Below, piece by piece: positions 1-12,982 of a stretch of 64,000 nt of DNA (the stretch's first letter is position 1; the number at the start of each line of letters is the position of its first letter). Both the position numbers and the translations under genes were made by a program. Source of the DNA: Sphaerodactylus townsendi. Its lineage: Eukaryota. The notes under the pieces are model-generated. The model was given only the letters and a program-made list of their open reading frames with translations. It was not told where the DNA came from and did no database searches. The stretch lies in NCBI RefSeq assembly GCF_021028975.2, contig NC_059439.1, positions 35,278,001 to 35,342,000 of the forward strand, in the 5' to 3' direction.

Positions 1-512
1 AGCTATCGTGAGCGAAAGCTCTCTTTGTCAGTTACAAGAGGATTGACGGAAGGGTGACCCTGCTGACTGGAATACTCTTCTGAATGTGGTGGATTTGGAT
101 GAAAACATACGGATCTACTCTTTCCCCCATCTTGATCCTTGTTCTGCATAACACATGACTGCCATTTGCTAGGGGATTATGTGTAGACAAGCCAATCCGG
201 TTGAGCATCTTTGCAATCATGCATCAATAGCACAATATCCAGCCATGTGGTATGTTGGTGCTGACTCTTAACCTCAGACTCCAGCGGAGGACTTGACTAG
301 AGAGTCCGAGAGATAGAAGGGTTAAGGCACTGGGCATCCTTTCTCTACTGCTCTGACACTGTCCTTTTGATGTATAGATTACACCTCTCTGGGAAACTTC
401 ATCCCTTCTACCTTTGCATCTCTTGTCTACATCACTGTTCCATCTTACAACCATGAGAGATCCTGTATCTCCCTCCATCCTAGTTAGTTAGTAGACTAGA
501 TTAGGAAAGTAT

Positions 513-812
513 GGGCCACTCCCCACTTACCTTAAGCCCCGCGCTACTCTCCTCAAGTAGCACGGGGTCCCCCGGCACTCTCCACGACAGGGGCGGTGAC
601 AGCGCAGCTGCTTCGACGCTGCCGCTGTTCTGCCCCCTCAGTGCGCGGCATCCCTGGTACTCTTGTAAACGGCGCCTTTTGATGACCCCACACCGAGATT
701 GATAGGGGCCGTGGGAATGAAGCGTAGCGCGCAGGGCCAGAATGCTGGCTAGGCTGGTAGCGGTATGGCTGGCATAGGGGAAGGGGGGATCGTGGTGAGT
801 GGGGAAACGCCC
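513..812. mobile_element. MITE with imperfect TIRs (Harbinger-like)
   Basis: GGGCCACTCCCCACTTACC ... GGTGAGTGGGGAAACGCCC. Confidence 0.5.
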
Positions 813-1137
813 CTTATTTACCTTATCCAGACATTGGAGTTCCTATAATAAACCAAGTATATTAGTCTGAGTAGATAAAAAGGCTAGTCCCCTTGCAAAT
901 GATATCTAAGCCACATGGATTGCACGATATCCGCTGACAGGAAGATACAGGCTTAAATGCACATTTTCGTTCTATTCTGGCACCGAATACCAGTGAATAC
1001 CAATGAACACCAGCTATTTGTTGAACACTGAGACTTTACAGCAGGGATCAACTAAATAAGAATTTTTAAAAAAACTTCTAATCATTTTTTCTCCATTGGT
1101 TTTTCGGCAAAAATAGTATTTGACGAATGGATCTTCG

Positions 1138-2088
1138 TCAGCACTGTGTTTTCCTGCTGCACAATTTACATACGCCCTCTTTCACTTCCTTATTCCTCAG
1201 CGTGTATATGAGGGGATTTAGACAGGGGGTTACTGCGGCGTAAAACATGACCACCACTCCATCGAAAGAGTCTTGAGAGGGCGGACGCACGTAGTTGTAC
1301 ACCACAGGGACATAATATACAACCACCAAGGTAATATGGGCTGTGCACGTGGAGAAGGCGTGGCGTCTCCCTTTGGAGGTGGGAATCCTCAAGATGGCGG
1401 AGACGATGTAGACATAGGATGTCAGAATCAGGAGGAAGCAGGCCATAGCCACGAACCCAATGTCAACCAACGTCACCGTCTCGTTGAGGGACGTGTCTGC
1501 GCAGGCCAACTTCAGCATAGCGGGGATGTCACATAATATGTAGTTCACCTGGCTTCTCCAACCATACGGCAAGCAGAAGGTAAGGGAGGCATGTATTGCC
1601 CCATGTATGGATCCTCCAAACCAGGTACCAACTGCGAGGCAGAAGCAAACACGGTGGTTCATGATAGTGCTGTAGCGCAGAGGTTTGCAGATGGCCATGA
1701 AGCGGTCAAAGGCCATCACCGTGTACAGGAAGCATTCAGTACAGCCCAGGAAGTGGAAGAAGAACAGCTGGGTCACACAGCCTGCATAGGAGATGAGCCC
1801 ATTGCCTTCTATCAGCCAAGCAATTAATTTGGGCACCACCACTGAAGAGACCATCATGTCCATCATGGACAGGTGGCCGAGGAACCAGTACATTGGCTTG
1901 TGTAAATGAGGCTCTAGGGCTACTACTAAGACGATCAAGCCATTTCCAGAAAGAGACAATGTATACACGAAAAGGAAGAAGAAGAGAAACGGGAACTTCA
2001 GGTCTTCGGGATAGGGGAATCCTAGAAGCTCAAAGTTCTCAATCGGGGACGATGCGTTTCCACACCCTTTTACGGCAGCACCAAACAT
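1138..2088 (-). CDS. Olfactory receptor, class II family 10 (OR10G-like), 316 aa
   Basis: Intact ORF with OR motifs LHKPMYWFL, MAFDRFMAICKPLRY, AFSTC and PCLNPLIYTLRN. First ATG is at 2088 (the ORF track starts at GTG 2118). Pyrimidine tract plus AG acceptor at about 2124-2140 on the minus strand. Confidence 0.95.
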   Translation of the reverse strand: MFGAAVKGCGNASSPIENFELLGFPYPEDLKFPFLFFFLFVYTLSLSGNGLIVLVVALEPHLHKPMYWFLGHLSMMDMMVSSVVVPKLIAWLIEGNGLISYAGCVTQLFFFHFLGCTECFLYTVMAFDRFMAICKPLRYSTIMNHRVCFCLAVGTWFGGSIHGAIHASLTFCLPYGWRSQVNYILCDIPAMLKLACADTSLNETVTLVDIGFVAMACFLLILTSYVYIVSAILRIPTSKGRRHAFSTCTAHITLVVVYYVPVVYNYVRPPSQDSFDGVVVMFYAAVTPCLNPLIYTLRNKEVKEGVCKLCSRKTQC

Positions 2089-2338
2089 GACAGAGCAAAA
2101 TGTAGGTTGACGAGTCACAAGTTCTACAAAGAAGAAAAGGGTATTTTGAGGGTTACTGCAGTTATTGTTTTGGAGCAGTTAAGATTCCTGGATGTCTANN
2201 NNNNNNNNNNNNNNNNNNNNNNNNNNNNNNNNNNNNNNNNNNNNNNNNNNNNNNNNNNNNNNNNNNNNNNNNNNNNNNNNNNNNNNNNNNNNNNNNNNNN
2301 NNNNNNNNNNNNNNNNNNNNNNNNNNNNNNNNNNNNNN

Positions 2339-2601
2339 CCCCTTTCTCTCCTGCAGGAGACTCAAAGGGGCTTACAATCTCCTTGCCCTTCCCCCCTCAC
2401 AACAAACACCCTGTGAGGTAGGTGGGGCTGAGAGAGCTCCGAGAAGCTGTGACTAGCCCTAGGTCACCCAGCTGGCGTGTGTGGGGGTGTACAGGCTGAT
2501 CTGAATTCCCCAGATAAGCCTCCACAGCTCAGGCGGCAGAGCTGGGAATCAAACCCGGTTCCTCCAGATTAGATACATGAGCTCTTAACCTCCTACACCA
2601 C
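2339..2601 (-). mobile_element. tRNA-derived SINE (Squam3-like)
   Basis: Near-identical to many other copies in the window; tRNA-like head with A and B boxes. Confidence 0.85.
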
Positions 2602-2789
2602 TTCTTCATGCAGTTCTAAAGAGAATCCGTGATTCAAAAAGCCTGGTTTTCAAATATATAGACTTCTCCATCTTACCTTAAAATAGCATGTTCCCATAAA
2701 GTTTTTTTGAGTGATTAAAAAAATCAGAACATGGTTCTCTGGTCCTTCATTGTCATTCCACAGCTATGCACTAAGGTAATTTCAGTGAA

Positions 2790-3104
2790 GGAGAAGAAGA
2801 AGAGTTTGGATTTATATCCCCCCTTTTTCTCCTGTAAGAGACTCAAAGGGGCTTACAATCTCCTTGCCCTTCCCCTCTGACAACAAACACCCTGTGAGGT
2901 AGGTGGGGCTGAGAGAGCTCCGAGGAACTGTGACTAGCCCAAGGTCACCCAGCTGGCGTGTGTGGGAGTGTACAGGCTGATCTGAATTCCCCAGATAAGC
3001 CTCCACAACTCAAGTGGCAGAGCTGGGAATCAAACCTGGTTCCTCCAGATCAGAGTGCACCTGCTCTCAGCCACTGCTCATAGCCACTACGCCACTGCTG
3101 CTCC
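2790..3104 (-). mobile_element. tRNA-derived SINE (Squam3-like)
   Basis: Full copy with (CTT)n tail. Confidence 0.85.
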
Positions 3105-3420
3105 ACAGAGAGTCCACAGTTCCTAGCTTACATTGGTAATTGAAGCCTGGATTTTGTCTATCTTTGTTCGGCCCTTCAACTATTTCCACACACTTGCTGA
3201 TCAGTGTGAAATCTTGATTCTCTCCATCTATCTGTAATTCTCAAAACAGCAGTATCCTACAGATGTATTTGGGAGGCAAGCACCAGGGTTCCTGAACTCC
3301 ATGTTTCAAATGGTTTAAATCAAAATATCAGTAAATATTTCCTACTTGAAACTCGTCCGATTCCCAATATTAAGGGTACTGGGAATCTTGGCTTCTCACT
3401 CAAGAAACATTATGATTCAC

Positions 3421-4673
3421 TCTTCCACCTGGTTGAACTTGGGGCAGAATTAGAAGCAAAATTTGAAAACAAAGCACCAATCCCAACGATAATACACACC
3501 GACAGAAAATATACGCTTGCTGCTCAAGCAATTTCTCATTCTGTCCTCAAGCTCAATACTGGCATAAACTTGCTTACATCAATATTAGGATATGAACTGA
3601 TAAATAACTCACAATTACTGGTCTGAGTATACCACTGGTTGATAGTTACCCCATCATGACCAAATCGTGGGTTTTTGTCTACTTTCCCCCTCACAACAGC
3701 TGTCGAGCAAAGCCCAAGATCAATTGTACTTATGCCCCTTATGGTTATCCAGTCTGAGTCCGACCAATGCAATGCTCACTTGGTACATTTAAAAACCATA
3801 TTGTTATGTTTCAGGGAAGCTGAGGCCAAGAGCTGAAGATATTTTGAGAAGGACAATATTATGCACAAATCTAGATATTTTTTTCAAGTATAATCTGTTT
3901 CCTCAATTCCAGCATTTATTCATAACAAACTCCCCAAAGCCCAGTTTCTGTCCTCTGTTCTCTGTCTTGCATCGAGAAGTGGATATCTTCTACCTGGTTG
4001 AACTTGGGGCAGAATTAGAAGCAAAATTTGAAAACAAAGCACCAATCCCAACGATAATACACACCGACAGAAAGTATACGCTTGCTGCTCAAGCAATTTC
4101 TCATTCTGTCCTCAAGCTCAATACTGGCATAAACTTGCTTATTATCAATATTAGGATATGAACTGATAAATAACTCACAATTACTGGTCTGAGTATACCA
4201 CTGGTTGATAGTTACCCCATCATGACCAAATTGTGGGTTTTTGTCTACTTTTCCCCTCACAACAGCTGACGAGCAAAGCCCAAGATGAATTGTATTTATG
4301 CCCCTTATGGTTATCCAGTCTGAGTCCGACCAATGCAATGCTCACTTGGTACATTTAAAACCATATTATTGTTATGTTTCAGGGGAAGCTGAGGCCAAGA
4401 GCTGAAGATATTTTGAGAAAGGACAATATTATGCACAAATCTAGATATTTTTTTCAAGTATAATCTGTTTCCTCAATTTCAGCATTTGTTATTCGTCATA
4501 ACAAACTCCCAAAGCCCAGTTTCTGTCCTCCTGATCTCTGTCTTGCGTCGAGTAGATTAGTGGATATCTTCTACCTGGTTGAACTTGGGGCAGAATTAGA
4601 AGCAAAATTTGAAAACAAAGCACCAATCCAAACGATAATACACACCGACAGAAAATATATGCTTGCTGCTCAA
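3421..4673. repeat. Direct tandem duplication, about 565-580 bp unit, about 2.2 copies
   Basis: Unit starts tcttc(c/t)acctggttgaacttgggg at 3421, 3986 and 4567. Confidence 0.9.
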
Positions 4674-6224
4674 GTTTTCTGGAGCAAAGTTTTCTGGAGC
4701 AAGAAATGGCTTGGGGAGAACTTGAGAACTGCATTGGGTGTTCAGCAGGAAACCTCTCAAAAGCATCCAACGTGCGCTACATTCTTGCAGTTCTCAAAAC
4801 AAGGGCCTGATAAAAATAATAACTCAGTTCACAGAGGACACGGCTATGTCTAAGGAAATAGAGACTCTGATGAACGGTTCCCTCTGGCGCTGATTAATAT
4901 CCACGTTTATCTTTGTCTCCACTTATGTTCCATACGTGACTACCCAGTTAACTGCTGTCTCTGCTCACAACCCATTCCGTGTCCTTGCATTCACAAGGAC
5001 CTTTGCTCTTGAGACTTCATCTGTTTTTGAGTCAATCGCAAATTCCAGAAGGCCTTATTAACAACGGGTATTTCTTTTTTGCTATAACAGAAGCATGCCC
5101 TTCCAAGCAACAATGGTGGGTCTCTGTTAGGTCTCGAACCTTGAAGCAATAAACAGGCTCTGTACTGCTGTTCAGCAATGTTTATGTATCGGCATCGAAG
5201 CACCCAGCTTGGCAAATCTAGTTCTGAGGAGCCTGGCTTTTGCTACCCATTTTATTACAATGTTGATCGTCCCCTCCCTTTCCCCCAAGGAATGTGAGAA
5301 AGAGTTACTTTGGAGCCCTGAGGTTGGCGATAGACAGAGATAAAGCCTCCTGGGATCCTACCCTTACAGGACAACAGAAACAACCCCCACAGGACAACAG
5401 AAACACCTGGTACTAGGTTGTCAGTCTCCAGCTGGGACCTGAAGATCTCCTGGAGCCTCCAGGACTGAATCTAAGGGGTGGGGGCACCTGCCCTGGGCCA
5501 AATGAAGCCCCAGTGGCTGGATCAGGTAGGGGCACAATAACAGTAGGACACATGGGACTGGCCAAAGGGAGAAGTCAAATAGCAGAAGGGTAGAAAGCCC
5601 AGGTGAAGGCACCCTTGGACGTGTCAAAATGGCTGTGTCAGTCTTCCAGATGGATATTACATTTGTTTGTCAGCTGTCGTGGAAGTCACCAACTATATGA
5701 TCTCACCCTGATGAAATATGTATGAGCAGCAGTGTACTACCNNNNNNNNNNNNNNNNNNNNNNNNNNNNNNNNNNNNNNNNNNNNNNNNNNNNNNNNNNN
5801 NNNNNNNNNNNNNNNNNNNNNNNNNNNNNNNNNNNNNNNNNNNNNNNNNNNNNNNNNNNNNNNNNNNNNNNNNNNNNNNNNNNNNNNNNNNNNNNNNNNN
5901 NNNNNNNNNNNNNNNNNNNNNNNNNNNNNNNNNNNNNNNNNNNNNNNNNNNNNNNNNNNNNNNNAAAGGGGCTACAATCTCCTTGCCCTCCCCCCTCACA
6001 ACACCCTGTGAGGTAGGTGGAGCTGAGAGAGCTCCGAGAAGCTGCGACTAGCAGAAGGGTAGAAAGCCCAGGTGAAGGCGCCCTTGGACGTGTCAAAATG
6101 GCTGTGTCAGTCTTCCAGATGGATATTACATTTGTTTGTCAGCTGTCGTGGAAGTCACCAACTATATGATCTCACCCTGATGAAATATGTATGAGCAGCA
6201 GGAGCATACTACCCAGGGGGAACA

Positions 6225-7560
6225 TATGTGTTCAAATGTCCCCGGGCATGCCCCCCACCCCCATGGGAAGCCACTCCACCACGACCAATTTTTTTTGCAC
6301 CAGGACATTGGTATTGCACACCTGCAGAGGACACTTTTGACATTTCAGCACCAAAATTTCAGCATATATATATGCATCAGGAGACTGTCCTTATGCTACC
6401 CCCATGTTGGCAAAGGTTTGAAGTTCAAGGAATCCCAAAGTTATGGACTGCCAAAGGGGTGCCCCATCCACGATTGTTTCAATGGGAGCTAATAGGAGAT
6501 GGGGCTACAGTTTTACGAGGTCCTAGCTTTGGCCCCCTAGGAACCAAACTGCACCAAACCTGGGGTATCATCAGGGCAGTCTCCTGATGAGATCCTGAGA
6601 AGTTTTGGCTTATGCAGCTTCAAAATGTGCCCCAGCCTGCAACCCCATTGACAGCAATTCAGAAAACTCAATGCAGAACAAGATTCTTGGGCAAATTTCT
6701 GGGATGTTCCTGCAGGGGGTGCATTTTTTGGATGTATCGGCACACAAAATTTCAGGGGTATCATCTGGAAACTGTCCTTATGGTGCCCCAAACTTTAGTG
6801 CAGTTTGGTTTAGGGGTCCAAAGTTATGAACCCTCAAAGAATGCCCATCCCCATTCTTTGCTAAGGAGATGGGAGGCTACCTTTGAGGGTCCATAACTTT
6901 GGACCCCAGATGAACCAAACTGCACCAAAGTTGGGGGGGTGCATCATCTGTCCAATGATACCCTGTAAATTTTGATTGCCTGTTTATCAAATGCACCCCC
7001 TACAGGAATTTATCTAAAACATCCTTGCCCAGAATCTTTTGGCCCCTTCCTTTTATGACATAATAATGTGTTTTCAAACCACTTTCTGGCTGTTTGCAGA
7101 GTGGATTTTGCCATTCTGCACAGCTTCCAAAGAGCACTGAAAGCAGTTTGAAAGTGCATTATTCTGCATGTGCGGAATGAGCCTTTGTTCTTCATTGAGT
7201 TTTCTGCATTGCTGTCAATGGGGGTTGCAGGCTGTGGGGCAATTTGGCATTTCTGAGGCACAGTCTCAAAACTTTCAGGGTCTCATAGGGAGACTGCCTA
7301 ATGATACCCCCCCAAGTTTGGTGCAGTTTGGTTTGGGGGGACAAAGTTATGGACCCTCAAAACTGTAGCCCCCATCTCCTATTAGCTCGGCCAAACAATG
7401 GGGATAGAACACCACTGAGGAGTCCATAACTTTTGGACTCCTTGAACCAAGCTTTCGCCAAACTTGGGGGGGGGTAGCATAAGGACAGTCTCCTGATGGT
7501 GCGGCTGAAATTTTGGTGCAGCTAGCCTAAAGAAGCTAAGCCCCTGCGGGCCAAAAAATG
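6225..7560. repeat. Internally repetitive/inverted unclassified element
   Basis: 6430-6690 is an inverted copy of about 7184-7400; recurring aaagttatggac and aactgcaccaaa motifs. Confidence 0.5.
7041..7183 (-). mobile_element. About 141-bp Harbinger-like MITE
   Basis: Family TIRs; TTT target-site duplication (TSD). Confidence 0.8.
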
Positions 7561-7657
7561 GAAACCACTAAAATACCCCAAAGCGAACCCACAGCATTTT
7601 GATGCCCCCACAGGTGATGCCCTGAGCGGCTGCAGCAATGGGCATTACACCGGTAGT

Positions 7658-8017
7658 CAGTGGTGGCGAGAACCTATGGCGCAGTGCCAGAGGCGTACTC
7701 AGAGCCCCTCTGTGGAAAATGGCACCATCGCACTCCAGCCAAAGGCCGAAACTGCCGCGGGGACATCACGGAACAAATGTCCCGGGCGGCTGCCATTCAG
7801 TCATGGGGGGGAATTGCCACCCACATCCCTCCTCCCCGATGCCACGCTCCAATCCCCGCCATGCTTTTTAAGGCCAAATATGTTAATGTATGAGTTGTTT
7901 TTACTAAACTAAAACCTCCGTATTTAGGTTAAATTGCCATGTTGGCACTTTGCGATAAATATGTGGGTTTTGGGTTGCAGTTTGGACACTCGGTCTCAAA
8001 AAGGTTTGCCATCACTG
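7658..8017. mobile_element. hAT-type non-autonomous element
   Basis: CAGTGGTGGCG...GCCATCACTG termini; related to 55758-56202. Confidence 0.65.
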
Positions 8018-10127
8018 CCCTAGATACACCTCTGATGAGCAGCAAACTAGGAACACATTTTGGCCTTTACAAAAATTCCCAGATGTGATCACAGGCACAA
8101 AAAAGAATTTCATCCAATTAAGCGACATTTTTAGTACCGCTGTTTGGAGTCTGGCGAAAGGATAAACTCATAAACATTTAAATTGCCCCCTGAACGTGTC
8201 CTTGGGACTCTGGGGGAATAAGCGAAAGAGAGTCTTGAGACGCAAAGATGATGCAACGTTACAAAGACATCAGAAAAACGGAACAGCTTGCTGGTGGATA
8301 GTACCAGCCAACATGCCACCCATAGCGCCAGCTTAGGTGGATCCTTGTGACAGAGCTGTCCCCATCAGAGATTCATCCTTGGATAACTCTCTCTCCTTTT
8401 CGGTTGGCAGCTCAACAGAGACATCAACATACAGCAAGAGATACAAGCAAGACTAGAAAGATATCTTCTGACCAAGGGTGTGTTCTGAACCACAACAGTA
8501 TCTGCTGTCAAATGTAAGGGGTTAGTCTTGACATTTAATGTTTTTGCTTCAAGTCTAAACCCTCTAGAGGAAAATTTGGATCTCAGAATCTCTTGAAAAA
8601 AACAACCCATTTGCAAATACTGGGTCTAAATGAAGTTATGTCTGGGGCAGCCCAAATAATATGACTTTCATTAAGCAGTCATATCTGCCACTGAGAAAAC
8701 CTCTGATGAGATCGCTGAAGAGAAATGAACTGCAGTTGTAAGAATGGAGCAAGCATCAAGCAAGGTTCCGTGAGCTTCTGCTAACGATAGTTCTTTTCTA
8801 GCATCCCTCAACAGCCTCAATCAAGTTTTCCAAGAAAGACCGTTCAAAATTCTGCAGCAGGCATATCACTGGGTCGAAGCAATCATTTCCCCCCACCCAA
8901 CTCAGAGAGCGTTTGGATATTTGTCCTAAGTGAGCTGGGAAGGTTTCATAGCTCCTCCTAAGGGCATTCACAGAAGCCGGAAAGAGCTTTGAAAAGTCAA
9001 ACCACGCCCAAAATGCTACACAAATCTGATGATATCTTCCCCTAGATAATGATTTAAAAGTCTTCTGAGTTATTTCCCCAGCTGTTGGCAATCATTGGAA
9101 TCTAGTGATCGTAAGCAAAAGGTTTCCTAATGAGGTGTATCCATTAGGATTTTTGGATTTTCCAATTCACAGTTCCAATTCATTGTTTGCTTACGGTAAA
9201 CATATGTAGAGGAAAAAGGTTAGAACCTCATTATTTCTGAGCATGGTGTTTTTTTCCAGAAGTCCGGGTAAGTCTTCTATTCTAAGTTCTAGCACAAGTT
9301 CCTAACAGTATGTGAAATGGGATATGTATTAGACAACCTGAATTAGTAAATAGCCACCAGTAATCTGGGCATACATTGACTTCCAGCGTGATACAGTGGT
9401 TAAGAGCCAGCATGGCGTAGTGGTTAAGACCTGTGAACACTAATCTGGCGAACTAGATTTGTTCCCCTGCACCTCCACATGAAGCCTGCTGGGTGACCTT
9501 GGGCTAGTCATAGTTCTCTCAGAACTCTCTCAGTCCCACCTTCCTCACAAGGTGTCTGTTGTGGGGAGAGGAGGGGAAAGGGGTTTTAAGCCATTTTGAG
9601 ACTCCTGACGGTTGAGAAAAGTGGGGTATGAATCGAAATTCTCCTTTTTCCTTTGTCAAACCTCTTGAAAACCTCTTCTGTGTTTATTCTACCTACTGTT
9701 CCCTCCCGTCATAGACGCACCAAATCCTCATTCGCAGTCATGCAAACATGACTTGCTGGGGCATGGAAGAATCCGAAGACAGGGGTAATAATCCTGCGCT
9801 GGAATTAGAAATTCTTGGGAACACCCTCCTCCAGCAATGCACAGTGATAAAAGATAAATGCTAAATGCTAACTTCAAGCTACCCTCGAAGTTAGTTCTTC
9901 CAGTATCGTAGTAAGGTGATGTGGGAATGACAGTACACAGTTCCAATGTGGATCAGTGAGCGTCTCCGACCAGGAGGCATTTAATTTACACAGGGCAAAA
10001 TTGAACAAACTGGTGGGGAGGGGGGTGGAGAAGGCACCTACTGTCATAACCTGCCCTCCGTACCATCCGCTCACAGTGATATATTCCTGGTCATCAACAT
10101 TATTTCCCTGCTGTAAAAGTTCCGGAC

Positions 10128-11054
10128 ATGGAGTGCTCTAACCAGTCTGCGCCAACGGAGTTTATCCTTGCTGGGTTGCGATACCCGAAAGGACTAGAGA
10201 TCCCTGTCTTCCTGTTCTTCTTGATTATGTACATTCTGACCCTCTCTGGAAACTCCCTGATCCTCTGGGTGGTGGTGTCTGACCTCCAATTGCATAAGCC
10301 CATGTACTGGTTCCTCTGCCATTTATCCGTTATGGACATGGCTTTCTCCTCTGTTGTTGTCCCCAGAGTGATTGCGGGGTTTGTTCCCGGTGGCAAAGTC
10401 ATTTCTTTGGGGGAATGCGTATCTCAGTTGTTCTTCTTCCACTTCCTGGGTTGCACAGAGTGCTTCCTCTACACCCTGATGGCTTATGACCGCTTCTTGG
10501 CTATTTGTAGGCCTCTCCATTACAGCAGCCTCATGAACTGGAGAGCCTGCCTGGGCCTCTCCTTGGGTACATTTATTGGAGGCTGCTTGAACTCAATGGT
10601 CGAGACAATCCTCACCTTTCAATTGCCCTTTGGCCAACGAAACCTGGTGGACTATATCTTCTGTGACATTCCAGCTGTACTAAAGTTGGCTTGCGCTGAC
10701 ACAAGACTCAATGAGATGATGGTCGTGATTGACGTTGGGCTGGTGGTCATGACCTGCTTCCTCCTCATCCTGACCTCCTATGTGTATATTGTGGCAGCCA
10801 TTTTGAGGATCAAAAGCAAAGAAGGGCGTCGCCGGGCTTTCTCCACCTGCTCAGCCCATCTTACAGTGGTGGGCATCTATTACATACCTGTGCTGTTCCA
10901 TTACCTGAGACCAACTTCTCAGGACTCAATGGATGGTGTGATATGTGTGTTGTATACTGCCATAACTCCGTTTCTGAATCCTATGATATACACACTTAGG
11001 AACAAGGACATTAAGCTCGCTCTAAGGAGACACTGGGGTAAGAACTCTGAATAG
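10128..11054 (+). CDS. Olfactory receptor, family 10 (OR10G-like), 308 aa
   Basis: N-glycosylation site NQS, LHKPMYWFL, FHFLGCTECFLYTLMAYDRFLAICRPLHY, RAFSTC, PFLNPMIYTLRN. Confidence 0.97.
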   Translation: MECSNQSAPTEFILAGLRYPKGLEIPVFLFFLIMYILTLSGNSLILWVVVSDLQLHKPMYWFLCHLSVMDMAFSSVVVPRVIAGFVPGGKVISLGECVSQLFFFHFLGCTECFLYTLMAYDRFLAICRPLHYSSLMNWRACLGLSLGTFIGGCLNSMVETILTFQLPFGQRNLVDYIFCDIPAVLKLACADTRLNEMMVVIDVGLVVMTCFLLILTSYVYIVAAILRIKSKEGRRRAFSTCSAHLTVVGIYYIPVLFHYLRPTSQDSMDGVICVLYTAITPFLNPMIYTLRNKDIKLALRRHWGKNSE

Positions 11055-11225
11055 ACAGGTGGCTCGCTCAGAATGGACTTCCTAATTTAACATGATTGTA
11101 AGTTATTTGGATTTTGGATTTCACCACATAGTGAGCCAGTTGTAACAAAACATGTGGAACGTAAACCTGGAACGAGTGTTGTGTTATTTGTTTGGACTAA
11201 GTTGAAGGTGTCAGTATTGTCAGTA

Positions 11226-11632
11226 TAGAACCAGGGGGCATTCATTGAAAATGCTGGGTGGGGGGGGGGGGGCAGAATTAGGACTAATAAAAGGAAACAC
11301 TTCTTCACGCAACGTGTGATTGGTGTTTGGAATATGCTGCCACAGGTGGTGGTGATGGCCACTAACCTGGATAGCTTTAAAAGGGGCTTGGACAGATTTA
11401 TGGAGGAGAAGTCGATCTATGGCTACCAATCTTGATCCTCCTTGATCTCAGATTGCAATTGCTTTAGCAGACCAGGTGCTCGGGAGCAGCAGCAGCAGAA
11501 GGCCCTTGCGTTCACATCCTACATGTGAGCTCCCAAAGGCACCTGGTGGGCCAATGTAAGTAGCAGAGTGCTGGACTAGATGGACTCTGGTCTGATCCAG
11601 CAGGCTAGTTCTTATGTTCTTATGTTCTTATG
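11226..11632 (+). mobile_element. CR1 LINE 3' fragment
   Basis: ORF2 end (RKHFFTQRVIGVWNMLP), 3' UTR and (TTCTTATG)n tail. Confidence 0.9.
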
Positions 11633-12337
11633 ACTTTGTGGTTGCCTTCACGACCTTGAACTGGGTTCCTGTGCAATGACTTCTTTCCGTTTGACTCCTC
11701 AATGAAAGAACCCTACTCAGAGTAGCTTAAATCTCAGGACATGAGTTGGAAGTGAACACATGTAGCTGGCTTATACCGAATGGGACCGTGGGCCCCATAA
11801 GGTCCGTCTTGTCGACTCAGACCGGCAATGAGCTCCCCAAGGTCTCAGATGAAGACCTTTGGTCATGAAAACTGTAAAAATTGTTTCTAAAGAAATGGAT
11901 ATATATTAGCAGTTCAGTGTTAAAATTGAGTCGTTTCTGTTGCTTTCTGTTTTGGTAAGCTTATTTTCTCCAGTTGTGTATTTTGTAAAGCGCTGGTTGA
12001 AAAATGTGTCTTTTTGGTGAAGTACGCAAGAGTGCTGCATGTTGTGAAATAAAACAAGGTTTTGCATAACCTTTGTCATGTTAATGTAACACCTTGGAGA
12101 TTACAATGCTCATACAACACGTATGGTAGCTCTATATCCGCCAACCATTTTAAAGTGCTAACTTATTCCCATTTTATTACTTTTAACTGTGTGTTTTTTA
12201 AATATACTATGCCAGTACACTAAACCAAATTGGTTCATTATTATTTGGCACAGAATCAAATCTTTAAATATCAAATATGACACATAAAACAAATGTAGAA
12301 CTTCTTATAAAAGATAGGTATCTTCTTCAATCTAACT

Positions 12338-12982
12338 CAGGGGTCCCCAAACTACGGCCTGGGGGCCAAATGTGGCCCCCTGAAGGCATTTATCCGGCCC
12401 GCCAGGCATGGCAGCGATGGCTCCATTCATGTGCAGTGGGGGCTCGAGGGAGAGGAGGAACCGGCCCCAACAGCTGTTGATTGCAGTTACATGATGGCAC
12501 CCCCAAATCTCCATGAATTTTCTGACCCAGAGTTGGAAACCTTACATGTGGCAACGCCTGCTCCGCCCTTCCCTCTCAGCTACTCCATGTGTTGCTCTCA
12601 GGCTTTCTGTTCCTCCTCACTCCCATTGGCATCAGCCAGGCTGGCGAATCGCTCGCTGGCTGCTAGGGAGGAAAGAACCCAGGAAGATACCTGATCCTGG
12701 GTTAGATGGAATGCTTCATTGGGAAAGTTCTGCTTTTTTTTTTTTTTTACAGGGGAAGGTATTCCACAGCCTCCCCAACAATATTTGGAGCCCACCCTGA
12801 ACTTGACATACTTTGGTCACTGTTCTAAAAATAGACCATGACAGAAAGGCTGAAAAGGTGAAATCAAACATTTTACAATCATTTGTGCATAGGAATTTGT
12901 TCATGTTTTTTTTTAGTCCGGCCCTCCAACAGTCTGAGGGACAGTGAACTGGCCCCCTGTTTAAAAAGTTTGGGGACCCCTG
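12338..12982. mobile_element. hAT non-autonomous DNA transposon
   Basis: TIR CAGGGGTCCCCAAACT; 8-bp TSD ATCTAACT on both sides. Confidence 0.9.

Noticed and set aside
5577-6212. 165-bp direct duplication
   Set aside because: The copies flank an N gap, which is typical of a scaffolding overlap artefact.
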